Source: Elsinoe ampelina (Eukaryota). Taken from it: a stretch of 64,000 nt of DNA. Position numbers and translations under genes: made by a program. Every line of letters begins with the position of its first letter. Positions within the stretch are counted from its first letter, which is position 1. The stretch spans positions 282,506-346,505 of the forward strand of contig ML992508.1 in the NCBI GenBank assembly GCA_010093995.1. Reading direction: 5' to 3'. Under the pieces are notes generated by a model that saw nothing but the letters and a program-made list of their open reading frames with translations, was not told the DNA's origin and did not search any database. This document shows, piece after piece, positions 10,401 to 21,338 of the stretch.

Positions 10401-10457
10401 GAGTGTTGGCGGTGTATTTGATTCAGGCGGCTCTGGGATAGGTGGACGTACCTGCAT
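7452..10457 (-). CDS. ZDS1: Zds1-like protein (PP2A-Cdc55 regulator) with Zds_C domain
   Basis: Zds_C motif RFSILEERAIYRMAHIKLANPKRALYSQVLLSNFMYSYL and LFWVPARLHPELAPKEF. A 2-codon first exon (MQ, 10452-10457) precedes intron 10339-10451 (GTACGT...ACTAAC...CAG). A second intron near 7755-7803 leads to the final exon ending at 7452. Confidence 0.9.
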
Positions 10458-10782
10458 ATCAGAAAGAGTCGCTGGTTGGTCGAAGGGCGGTCATTCAGGC
10501 TGAGCGGCGTGATGTTGCTCCTTTCGAGCGGGCTCACCACCCAGGACCATCTGGCGCCGCTATAAAGATGCTGATGATTGGTGAATGTGCGCGGGATGTC
10601 GTACAGAAGGGGTCCGAGGCGGTATCTTTGTCGTAGGCAGTGTATTCGAGATAATCAGCGGCACTTGGTCAAGTTGGAATCGCGAAGTTGGACAGCCTCA
10701 GACCAATGAGAGCGAAGAGACCAATAAGAAGCCAATCGGAGCCGGTTTCTTGGCATGCATAGCCTCTTTTCTAGCTGTTCTG

Positions 10783-13659
10783 GGGCGCGTTCGGTTGGAG
10801 GAGGTTGCTCTTTTGAAAAGAGGCCGATTTGGCTTTTTTAGCGTTGATTCAAGAGGTTGCTGTTGTAAAAGAGGCTCTTCGATAGCGCGTTTAGTAGATT
10901 AAAAAGAAGAGGCTACCTCTTTTAGAAGGTGGCTGTGCATAGAGGAGTTATAATTTTGCTTAAAGATTGTTAACGTACATAAACTCTATATCTAATTACT
11001 TACTATTATAGCCTCTAACACCCTTAATAAAGTAGCAGAGATTGCTACTACTATACTAACTTAATCGGAGGTGCTTTAGATACCTCCTCTATCTTAATTA
11101 CTAGTAAAGGGGAAGTAGCCTACTAATATTAATTAGACTAAAGAAATAGTAGAGGTTACTCTATACTCTCTCCTTAACTTTTTTAACACTAGTAGCCGTG
11201 CTAGAGGAGTCTTTTAGCTAGAGGCTTAGACCGGAGCAACTAAGGCAGTAAAAGAGGTTACTAGTACTTAAGCTAAGAGGCTTAATAAAAGCAAATTAAA
11301 GCTTAAAATTAACACTTATAAGAATGCCTTAAGGTGCTAGTAAATACTAGAGAATAACTCTAGATAGAAGAAGACTAAAGCTAGCCTTATAATAGCTAAC
11401 TCTAAAGTTATAGATAACTATTTTAAAGCTTATAAGGAGGTAAAGATATTTAGATATAGGCTAATACCTTATTATAACCTCCTTAGTACTATCTTTAGTA
11501 ATGTTACTACTACTAGAGCATTTACTTAAGGCATTTAAGATATTACTATCAACTCTTAATTATTAAATTATCTAGCTAACTCTCCTTCTCCCTCTCTATC
11601 TCTAGCTCCTTTAAGAGCTAGTACGCCTATATAATTAATAAGGAAGCGTATAAGTAAGGTTTGTAATTTAACACTAAGTAGAATCTAGCAGAGATTAAAT
11701 AGTACTAATAAGGTAGTAAGTAGTATTAAAAAGGTAGCTAAGTAGTTAAGCTAGATAAATAACTATTTAGAGTAAAGTAGTACTACTATAGTTAGTAAGG
11801 GAGTAATTAATCTACTATTTACTAAGTTTAAATATCTTACTACTAATTATACTATTATAGTTACTAAGTTACTAGAGACTCTAGTAAAGGCTAGGCTCTT
11901 TTCTATAGCCTTAAAGTAGTAGTATATAGCTATTATAAAGTAAGCACTTTAGAAAGAAGAACTACTAATCGATAAGAAGCTACTAGACTAGCTAGATAGA
12001 AGTAAAATTAAGATAGAAGAAGTTAAGGTTAAGGTTAAGAAGAAGATTAAAATTTGTAGCACTACTAACTAAAGCTAGAGATAGAGATTAATAAAGAAAT
12101 ATATAAAGGGACACTCTTTAAGAAAGAAAAATATCTCTATATCTATTCTATACTATTAGTAGTATTTTTTACTCTCCTCTAATGTCTTTAAGCCTATACT
12201 AGCTCTAATTACTATATTAGGCTAGTGCATATTTAATATTAACCTCCTCTTCTCTTTATCTCTTCTTAATAATTATACTATATCTACATAGCTATTATAT
12301 TATACTTCTTTATTATTACTAGATTATTATTCCCCTTAATAGTATTATTACTATCTTCTATAGTAACTACTATTGTCCTTAAAGCCTCCTTAGAGAGATT
12401 AAGCTCCTTAAGGCCGCTATAAAGATTAATCTAATTATAAAGGCTAGTAAGTATATATACTAGCTTAACTTAAGTATCTATACTAAATTCTCTTATAGTA
12501 TTAAATATCTACTACTACCTCTTAAAAACTCTAAAGGTTCTTTTAATAATATTATATAAGGCTAAGTGCCTTAGATTAAATAGCTCCTTAGAGTTCTCTA
12601 GCTTATTTACTACTTTATATTAGTCTTAGAGGTAGTACCTTATATCTCGATAAGGTATAAGAAGATCTAGCATATTTAAATATCTAGTATTACTAAGGAA
12701 GTAATAGCCTTCTAGCGCTCTAAAACTATTAACTTCTCGTATAAAGGTAAGTACTTAACTATTATAAATAGAGCTCTTTTATCTAGCTAATATATAGGTA
12801 AAATTACTATTAAAATTACACACCGCTAGCATATTCTAAGATAGCTAGCCTTTTTAATTTCTCTAAGCTTATAACTTACTAAGTATATAAGTATAAATAT
12901 AAGATCTATCTAGTGCTTCTATATAACTAGTAAATTAATAATATTTGCTCTTAATCTTCTCTAGCTAGAGATTGCCTTTATCTTCTAGTAAAGTAATAAC
13001 CTCTTAGTAGATCAAAATTAGTACCTCTAGCACTTAGTAGAAGACAGTAGAGATAGTAGCTTTAGAGTAATAAAACTAGTCTTGTATATTACTAAAGAAG
13101 GCGCTATAGCTATATATCTTTAAGAAGATTAAGAGCTTCTACTCTACTAAGATATTATAGCTAGCCTTTAGTAGCTTATCTCTTTATAACTTCTCTACTA
13201 AAGGTATAAAGCTTAAAGGCTATAATTGAGTTAAGTAGTATAATTAGTAAGTATCTAGTAACACCTCCTTTGTTAATCTTTTACTATTAATAGAGGTAAT
13301 AGATCCTTCTAGCCTTACTCTAGAAGGCTAGTAGTTATTATACTAATTACTAGCAGTAGTAGTAGTAGCACTAGCACCTTTAATTATAGCTTAAAGGAGT
13401 TATTTATCTATAGATAAAATAGTTTATAAGAGTATAGAGAGTATAGAGAGTATAGCCTCCCTTAAAAAAGGAAAGTTAGAGTAAACACTCGAGAAAGAGG
13501 CTAGCTATACCGGATAAGGGCAATTACGCGAAGAGGCACTTCTTTTTTAAAGAGTTAGTGCTAAAAAAGAGCCTCCACCAAACGCGTAGCCTCTTTTTCA
13601 ATCTACCGGCCTTAAATCACGCCAAAAGAGGCCGTTTTCAAGCTCCACCGAACGCGCCC
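10783..13659. mobile_element. Full-length PIF/Harbinger DNA transposon, RIP-inactivated
   Basis: TIRs GGGCGCGTTCGGT (from 10783) and ACCGAACGCGCCC (to 13659), with 3-bp TSD CTG at 10780-10782 and 13660-13662. Interior is AT-rich with TpA excess. Minus-strand transposase remnant LIPYRDIRYYL*...ENSKELFNLRHLALYNIIKRTFRVFKR at about 12505-12720; plus-strand Myb/SANT-like remnant at about 11210-11450. Confidence 0.9.
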
Positions 13660-14026
13660 CTGGAACCCGATGATGAATTGACACAAAACACCCTTGAATC
13701 ACTCTATCTCTTTGCTGTCCGTCAAACCCTACCCGTCATACCTTTTCCAGACTCGACGTGGGCAGGGGCATGTGCCTCATCGAGTCAATGCCCAATACCG
13801 GCTGCAGATCAATATAGATGAAGCAAAGCCACTGGTCAAACCATGGATCAGCCAATCACTTGTCGCAGCATCGGCACCTGTAACACGCATCGACACAAGC
13901 AGAGAGACATGGAGGATATTTTGTAATCTTCATTGATACCACTTCGTTCACTACTGAAAGCTACAAAGAACAGGTTAACCCCAGCAAGGTCGATCACCGA
14001 CCAGCAGATTGCAGAGTCGCCTTTGA

Positions 14027-14599
14027 TCAGTTCCAGTCGTCGTTGACATCCCTGATACAACCTCTCCTGATACCAAACGACACAATGGTCCTCTGAATAC
14101 ACTGAACACCCTTCAGGTGCATCTTGCCTGCGATCCTGACGATGCGCGACTCACGAGTGGCCAACCCACGAGAGTCCACACCAGGCCACTTACCAACGTC
14201 GGCAAGCTCGACCGAGATCAACTTGCCTGGGCAGTCCTTGTCGACTCTGTACTTGAACTCGTCCATGACGTCTCTCACGTGGAAGTCGCCGTTGTAGTGG
14301 GCGCGGATGCGGAATCTGTCGATGCGGTCGGGTTCGTGGGGGTTGTCGGTTTCTTCCTCGTAGCCATCGATCAGGCACTTGAAGTACTTGTCCTGGTGCC
14401 AGGAGACGTGGGTGATGCCGCGGGAGCCTCCACGGGTGTCGAGATGATTGGCGGGCATGGATTCACCAGTGGCGACGGCAGCTCCAGCCCAGGTCGCTGT
14501 TGGGAAGTACGACCAGCTGTACGGGCGGCCGGTGGAAGTGGTAGAGGCGGTGTAGTTAGATGTAGCCGCCAAAGGGGCGACGACAGTGCTGAGCTTCAT
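14027..14599 (-). CDS. Small secreted-type protein, paralogue 1 of a 4-Cys tandem family (190 aa)
   Basis: MKLSTVVAPLAAT start resembles the neighbours' signal peptides. Shares the W....F.C / F......CPG / CI.....FG...C pattern with the three upstream genes. Confidence 0.7.
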   Translation of the reverse strand: MKLSTVVAPLAATSNYTASTTSTGRPYSWSYFPTATWAGAAVATGESMPANHLDTRGGSRGITHVSWHQDKYFKCLIDGYEEETDNPHEPDRIDRFRIRAHYNGDFHVRDVMDEFKYRVDKDCPGKLISVELADVGKWPGVDSRGLATRESRIVRIAGKMHLKGVQCIQRTIVSFGIRRGCIRDVNDDWN

Positions 14600-14602
14600 G
14601 TT

Positions 14603-14798
14603 GACTTGGTGTGGTCGGACTTGGTGTGGTTGGACTTGGTGTGGTTGGACTTGGTGTGGTTGGACTTGGTCTGGTTGGACTTGGTCTGGTGGGACTTGGT
14701 CTGGTTGGACTTGGTCTGGTGGGACTTGGTCTGGTTGGACTTGGTCTGGTGGGACTTGGTCTGGTGGGACTTGGTCTGGCTGTGCTTGGTCTGGTGTG
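14603..14798. repeat. 15-bp minisatellite, about 13 copies (GACTTGGTSTGGTKG)
   Basis: Tandem array read directly; translates as PDQVP/PDQVQ/PHQVQ repeats on the minus strand. Confidence 0.95.
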
Positions 14799-15226
14799 GG
14801 AAGGTAAGATAGTGTGGATGGTAGGAGGGATTCTGTGGGCATGCGCATGCGGCTTATATATACTGCTTGGGAGGAAAGGGGAGGGCGGTATCATCACGGT
14901 AAGTTTTCAAGGCTTTCTTCTGTTCTGTTTTTGTTATTCGCAGCTTCTCGTCAATTTTCATTCTCCGAAAACCGTAAAAGTTTTCAACAGGTCACAGAGT
15001 GAATTTCGAGGAACAAAGCAATTATTCGAGAAATCAGAATTCATTCTCTCGCCGGCAACACAAAACCGCAGTGCGCAGTCATCGACAGTCTCGTCATGAT
15101 CAGAGGCGGTAGACTGCTAAGATTCATGGTATCCGACTGCGCCACTCCAAAAAAGAAAAACTTCCTTTGCGACCAGCGCCGTGGCCTTTCGCACCCCAGT
15201 AGGACGAGACAGCTTCCGAACCGTCT

Positions 15227-15721
15227 CTACCTGAGTGTAACCTCACACTTCCTCTTGACGATGCCGAAATCCTTGATGGCACTGTTGAGGCATGTGGTGC
15301 TGTTGTCCGCCTTGGACCCGGTCAAGACCAGCCTGGATACAGGCACTTTGCCTACGTCCCTGCCGATAACATGAATATCGCCAGTGCCAATGATGTTCTT
15401 GATCTCGCCCGGGCAGATCTCCTCGAGCTTGGACTTGAAGTTGTCCTTGGCCTCGGTCAGGTTGGCTTGTCGAGGCACTGCGACACGCAGGTTGAACAAG
15501 AATGTTGCGTTCCAGAACGATCCGTTGTGGGGGTGGTACGGGTGGACGCGACAGCGGAAGAGGCGGTTGTCGTACCAGGCGGTAGCATCGGGCGCGGCAC
15601 TGATTGCGTCGTTGGGCGTGGTCGTCGGGTGAGGAATGAAGGTGAAGCCCGAGGCGGATGGGGTGCCGCTGGCGTGCACTGTGGCAGCCACAAGTGGCGC
15701 AAGGAACAAGGCGGACTTCAT
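15227..15721 (-). CDS. Small secreted protein, paralogue 2 of the 4-Cys family (164 aa), candidate effector
   Basis: Signal peptide MKSALFLAPLVAATVHA; WYDNRLFRC, ANLTEAKDNF...EICPG, CLNSAIKDFG...C; TATA at about 15843-15848. Confidence 0.8.
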   Translation of the reverse strand: MKSALFLAPLVAATVHASGTPSASGFTFIPHPTTTPNDAISAAPDATAWYDNRLFRCRVHPYHPHNGSFWNATFLFNLRVAVPRQANLTEAKDNFKSKLEEICPGEIKNIIGTGDIHVIGRDVGKVPVSRLVLTGSKADNSTTCLNSAIKDFGIVKRKCEVTLR

Positions 15722-16530
15722 CCTGTGGTTTCTGGTAGGGTCTTACCGATCGTGGTAGGTCGAGCTTGGTTTCTGGTAGGATTGCGAGATTGGTAGGATG
15801 TGCGAGGTAGCTGGTAGGACGCGAGAGAGGCGAGGAGGTGGATTTATAGATCATTTGTGCGAGAGGTTTTCTGACTACGTGGCAGGAGACATTGTGCAGC
15901 AACCCAGAAATGGTGCTATGCCATGAATGTGAGTCTGCCAGCGACGAAGCTTTGAAAAGAACACAATATCAACCCTTGATTGCTGCGATCTTTGTAAGAT
16001 ACTCGCGGCCCTACGCCTATAGGTGGACCACGTGCTGCGATTTGGCATAGGCGTGACCCGACGTGGTGTCGGACTTCCTCCACTACGCGTAATGCCTTCA
16101 CATGGCAAGAAAGCTAGAACCGGGCCAGGCCATGCTCTGCAAGCCCTACCTTGCCACGGCACCGGACTTCACATTCGAGGACCAGACGTTATCAAGCTCG
16201 GCGCTGAGTTTTTCGGCGCATGCCTGCCTAGGTCAACTCCCAGCCTGGCATCTCAACGTCAGTCACGACGGGCGTCTTGCCTTGGCCACCCGCTGAGGAC
16301 AGCCCTTCGGCGAATCAGCCAAAGGGGTATCGTGTGGCAATCACAGTAGACAAGGAGTCAAAGTGTACGACAAGTTATTGCAGACACGACATTCATTAGG
16401 AGCCTACTTGCTCTCTATGACGCTGATGGAACCCGCATCACACACCACGTTGCTGTCCAGGACCACACACCTCACGTACACCGAAACCCATTTCGCCCAT
16501 GGCCCTGTACCGTCCCGGAGAACGACTACA

Positions 16531-17163
16531 CTAATGTACAGATGGCCTGCAATTCCAATGAACCCCATAAGAATGAATGGCCTCATTCAAGCATTCCGGC
16601 TCTTCGCCAGCCATGACGCCGTGCATCTCCATACGCGTCGACCTCCTGCGACGATGATGAGTCGGAGTCGGCTCAGGCGGGTGCGAGTAAGAAGAGGCGG
16701 CAGAAGTAGTGTGGTGGTGGTGATGCCGGATACTGTGAATGCTGTGAACGCGATGTTCACCATCGGCCCCATAAGGATGAGGAGGACCAAGACGATGGTG
16801 GGAGTGGTGCAGAATGGTGTGGTTCCCGCCGGCCACGTACTCCAGCTTGCCCGGGCAGATCTTCTCCATCTTCGAGACGAAGTCGATCTTCGCGAGCGTC
16901 AGGTTGGTGCGTCTCGGGACGCTGACGATCATTCGGAAGCCCAGCCTTGTGTGGTTGTCTTTGGGCTCGACGGGCTTGTAGCGGCAGTAGTGGTGGTGCC
17001 TGTACCAGTGGATGGTGTGGTTGGATTGGGTATCGTTGGCATTATGGGGGTGGTTAGGGGTGTAGATAGGGTGGGGAAAGTTTGCGAGCCCGTCATTGGG
17101 TGGAGGCAAGATTGCCTGGACCGCGGTAGCCAGGAGAGGCGTGAGGAGTGCAGCGACCTTCAT
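16531..17163 (-). CDS. Small secreted protein, paralogue 3 of the 4-Cys family with His-rich insertion (210 aa)
   Basis: Signal peptide MKVAALLTPLLATAVQA; TNLTLAKIDF...KICPGKL, CLNEAIHSYGVHWNC. Confidence 0.8.
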   Translation of the reverse strand: MKVAALLTPLLATAVQAILPPPNDGLANFPHPIYTPNHPHNANDTQSNHTIHWYRHHHYCRYKPVEPKDNHTRLGFRMIVSVPRRTNLTLAKIDFVSKMEKICPGKLEYVAGGNHTILHHSHHRLGPPHPYGADGEHRVHSIHSIRHHHHHTTSAASSYSHPPEPTPTHHRRRRSTRMEMHGVMAGEEPECLNEAIHSYGVHWNCRPSVH

Positions 17164-17694
17164 GATGGTGTGGTAGGCGGCTTCTGGTAAGCATGAGTGA
17201 TATCCGGTAGGAAGTGCTGATGCTTAAGAGGACTTACTGTATGACGGTAGGATAGGTCGACTTCTGAGTATCGACCGAAGAGGACGTGTGTGATGAGGTA
17301 GGACGTATGCAGGATGATCGGGTAGGGGGGACTTTTTATGCTCCTGGGGGAAAATCTCTTCTCGCTGACTACGTGGCAGGAAGAGGACAGCGCTGTAAGA
17401 TTGCACCGAAGAAAGACAATTACTAACACTACTGGTCATGATGGTAAGCCAGATTCTTCATCTCCATACAATTGTCGAAGCATCGCAGCATTAAGGTTGC
17501 CGACGAACACACTCAGAGCACCACAAAGCACCAAATCTTTTTATCCTACACTTTGCGCATTTCAAATTCTTCCCAAATATTGTACAACACTCCAGCAAAA
17601 GAAAGCACCATATGGAAAGTCTGTATCAATTCGAGAGGCATACGGAATTACCACGCCTCGTCTCTCCCCTCGCCCTCTGATCACCAGAGACCTC

Positions 17695-18201
17695 CTACTC
17701 CAGCAACCCACCCACATAACAATTCCCCCAATCCACGCCGAAAGCTTTCATAGTCCACTGAATACACCTCGGCCCGGAATAAGTCACCGACCCAGACAAA
17801 TTCAGCACCCCGACGGACCCATTCCCTTTCCATGACCCAGCAGACTTCCCCCCATCATTAACATAAAGCTTGCACCCAATACACTCTTCCCCCAATACTC
17901 TCGCAAACTCCTCCGCCGCGAGAGTTAGATTCGTGTCGGGTGAGACATTGGCTTTGATCCCGAAACTGGTGGCCCCGATGGCGATGACGTCTGCTGGGAA
18001 GGTCGTGATGTGGCAGGCGAAGCTGGTGTCGTTGATCCAGCGTGTGCGGACGGTGTGGGTGTGGTCGTGGAGTCGGTGGAGGCCGGTGGGTTCGGGGACG
18101 GGGACTTCGAGGGGAGTGGGATGCGTGGTGTTGAGGGGAGTTGGGGGGAGGGCGTGGGCTATGGTGGCGAGGAGGGGGGCGAGGAGGTGCATGGGCTTCA
18201 T
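17695..18201 (-). CDS. Small secreted protein, paralogue 4 of the 4-Cys family (168 aa)
   Basis: Signal peptide MKPMHLLAPLLATIAHA (ACAATG context at 18201); WINDTSFAC, TNLTLAAEEF...EECIG, CIQWTMKAFGVDWGNC. Confidence 0.8.
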   Translation of the reverse strand: MKPMHLLAPLLATIAHALPPTPLNTTHPTPLEVPVPEPTGLHRLHDHTHTVRTRWINDTSFACHITTFPADVIAIGATSFGIKANVSPDTNLTLAAEEFARVLGEECIGCKLYVNDGGKSAGSWKGNGSVGVLNLSGSVTYSGPRCIQWTMKAFGVDWGNCYVGGLLE

Positions 18202-18687
18202 TGTGGTTGTGGTGGTGAAGTGAGGTGCTTGACGGGTGCATGGTATGGGAGGGGCCACGTATTTGTATTTCCTCGAGCAGTCTTCTTGTGTAGATAGTGA
18301 CGAGGGTGAATCATACAACACACTACTTGAGGTGATGCTTTGTCCGCGTCCCAACTTTGCTCATGGAAATGCCACCAAGGTCGAACAGTATTGAGGACAC
18401 GACAACCACAGCTCGATGGCGTGAGCGCAGAATTGCTTTTGCTTCTTTGCCTCTTCATTCATGTCTTCCGGAAGCAAAAGTGAGACCGGCAGACTAATAT
18501 GAGAGACCTGACCTGACTCTACCGAGAGAGCACTTCCTGCCTATCTTGTCACTCAATGACTCGATCCATGTGGCTAGTTGACCACCACAGTCACCACACA
18601 TCAACCGTGATCAGTCGCCAGGGGTGCAAGACATCATGTAGATCGTTATCATTCAACCCAAACCCAACTCCGTGCTATGATCCCAAA

Positions 18688-20085
18688 CTAAGTATAAGCC
18701 GCACTAGAACAAGTAAACGCCCCCCTGACATCCCCCTTCTGATACTGCTCGATGATATCCGTCACACTAGCATAAGTGCCACCAACCAACACCACAATCC
18801 CAATTACCAAACACAATGCATTCAACAACGACAACCAAATATTCCTCCTCTCATTCCACTTCCCTTCCTTGATGAGCTGGAACCAGAACAAGGCCGGGAA
18901 GTAGAACGTGAATCCGCTTATGAACAGGCTCGAGATGATGCCGAGCAAGGCGCTGAAGAAGGGAATGGCTTCGGCGATGACGAAGGCGATGACCGTGATG
19001 ACGGCGAGGAGGACGAGCCAGACGGCCCAACCGGCGGGTGTAGAGGTGAGTCGGATTTGAGAGTTCTTGAAGATGCGGTCGATGATGAAGCGGTTGACGA
19101 CGGTGGAGTTGATGCTTCCCGAGATGAAGATGACGGGAAGAGCGACGCCAAAGGCAATGCGGGATACGGTGGAGCCGGCGGAGAGGAGGGCCGGGCTGGC
19201 GACGTCTGGGCCGACGAAAGCGTAGATGAGACCGCCGGTGACGGTATAGATGAAGATCTCGATCAGGCCGAGTGCCCAGATTGATTTGACGTAGTCCGTT
19301 GGTGTGTGCAGTTCGGACATGAAGCTGAATTGGCAGACGGCGAAAGAGTAGGCGAAGACGATGTTGGTCACGGCAAGGAAGGCTGACGAGAAGGAGACAT
19401 CTTCGGGAGGCCAGGCAGACCAGGGGATCGAGGACAGGCCGCCGGGGGTGGATGCGCCTTCGATGCCGGTGGCGATGATGGTGATGAGGATGGCGGCGAT
19501 GATGGAGACAAAGTCAATGTAGCCTAGCCATGCGAATTCGGCAAAGGTTGGAGGGATGGCGAGAAGGAATAGAAGGACGGCGCTGACGACACCCCAGATC
19601 AAGGCGCAGAGGTCTAGTCGTCCAACGATGCGGACCAATGCGATGGTGCCGGTCAGAGTGTGGGAACCTACCAGAAGGACGAGAAGCAGGACGAACATGG
19701 CACTTGAGAGCTCGTAGCCAAACTTTCCCCAGATGAGTCGGACGGCATCGGAGTAGTGGTTGACGGCCGGGTACTTGAGCTTGACTTGTCCCACGACATG
19801 GCTAGTGTAGATGGCGATGAAACCGATGCTAACGGAGAGGATGACACCGGCTACCATGCCGACGGCAGCAAAGGCACTGGGGATACTGAGAGAGCCGAGA
19901 GCGATGGCTTCGACGATAAGACAGATGGTGAGTCTCTTCCAGCCAAGTTTTTTGAACTTTTCTTCGGCTTCATAGTTGGTCGTCTTTGGTTCGAGACCGT
20001 AGTCATAGCTCTTGTCGGTGTCGTAGGAGATGGGCGGACTGTTGCCGTTGCGGTATGTTGGGAGGTCTTCGTGAAGAGGTGCCAT
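18688..20085 (-). CDS. Amino acid transporter (AAAP/Aa_trans family, Mtr-like neutral amino acid permease)
   Basis: KLGWKRLTICLIVEAIALGSLSIPSAFA, FAYSFAVCQFSFMSE and about 11 hydrophobic segments; intronless; ATG at 20085. Confidence 0.9.
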   Translation of the reverse strand: MAPLHEDLPTYRNGNSPPISYDTDKSYDYGLEPKTTNYEAEEKFKKLGWKRLTICLIVEAIALGSLSIPSAFAAVGMVAGVILSVSIGFIAIYTSHVVGQVKLKYPAVNHYSDAVRLIWGKFGYELSSAMFVLLLVLLVGSHTLTGTIALVRIVGRLDLCALIWGVVSAVLLFLLAIPPTFAEFAWLGYIDFVSIIAAILITIIATGIEGASTPGGLSSIPWSAWPPEDVSFSSAFLAVTNIVFAYSFAVCQFSFMSELHTPTDYVKSIWALGLIEIFIYTVTGGLIYAFVGPDVASPALLSAGSTVSRIAFGVALPVIFISGSINSTVVNRFIIDRIFKNSQIRLTSTPAGWAVWLVLLAVITVIAFVIAEAIPFFSALLGIISSLFISGFTFYFPALFWFQLIKEGKWNERRNIWLSLLNALCLVIGIVVLVGGTYASVTDIIEQYQKGDVRGAFTCSSAAYT

Positions 20086-21338
20086 GTTGAAGTATGGATA
20101 GTTTGCAGAGGCCCAACCAGCTGTGTGGGAAAGGGCGTTGTCGGAGACGAAGATCACACCACTTGTCCGCGCTGCAGAGCAAGTGCGAAGGTGGAGGAGG
20201 AGAGAAAGGACGTGAGAAGTAGAGAAAGAGAGGACGGTATTACTTGAAGGAAATAAGAAGTAGGACTAGTGGGTGGAGCGGAGAGTTTTCATGACAGCAC
20301 GATACTTTTGGTGAACTGCACGCTGCCAGGTCTGAGCGTCGAAAGAGCATTGAGAAATGAAGAACAGGCCATGAATCATGCGGCCCTTATCTTCTAGCGT
20401 ACATGAGGAGAAAGAAGCAAGGCCGTTGCTACCCTGATTGCGTCTGTACGAGCTTGACTTTCTGGCGTTGAGAGGGCATCAAAATGTGGTCAGGATGGCG
20501 ATGACGTCGCGTCGCAGCGATTTCGGTCCGAACAAGGTTGCAGCATTGATGAACGCCTCTGTCTCAGAGTGACATGGTGATCTTGGGGTAGGGTGTTGCA
20601 TATGGGTTGTCCCTACGATCTTGTCAGTCACGAGTCGATCTTAGATCTTGTAGATATGCAGCCCTGTTGTCGTATGAAGCTTGTGATATCGGTGGCGCTG
20701 GCGCGGCGTTGCTTGGAGAAAGCTTCGCCCCGCTCTCTCACGAGACATAATTTTGCTCTTTCGAACCCACTTTGCTTCAACAACAATTCTCCCCAACCAT
20801 TTATTCAAGATAAGCTGGTAAGCATTCATTCGCTCCGGTATTAATGAAGTCCATGTCCAGCCCCGGATCACCCGGTACAGAGCGGGTGGGCAGTCCGGAT
20901 GCTTGACTGACAAAGCAATGGAAAGTCTGTGGAGCCCTTGAAGGGCGATCCCTTATACCTGCGGAGCCGCATTCGGCCCCAGTGCTGAATCGCGCTGCAA
21001 GAATCAACTGCCTGAGGCATTAGGAAATTGGCCCCGACGCATATTATGATTTTTGCAGCTATGGTATACTAATAATAACAACCTTACGTGGCTCCAGGGT
21101 CTAACGACAGATGAGAATACAGTCCGGTACAGTGAATCCTCTCCATCATATTGCTGCACACTGAATCGCATACCACCCTGCCAAGAACCCACCCGTCACC
21201 CCGCACTAACCCAATGCGACCTCCCAGAAAAAGTTCCCTCCTCTCACTGCTCTGTCTCTCTACAATCTCGCAAACCCAATCGACCACACCACCGCACAGT
21301 CTTCCACGCGGCACTCAACCTCGTAAGGACCACCCACA

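Noticed and set aside
14603..14798. Regular repeat array superficially like a CRISPR
   Set aside because: Head-to-tail 15-mers with no unique spacers, no cas genes and a eukaryotic context.
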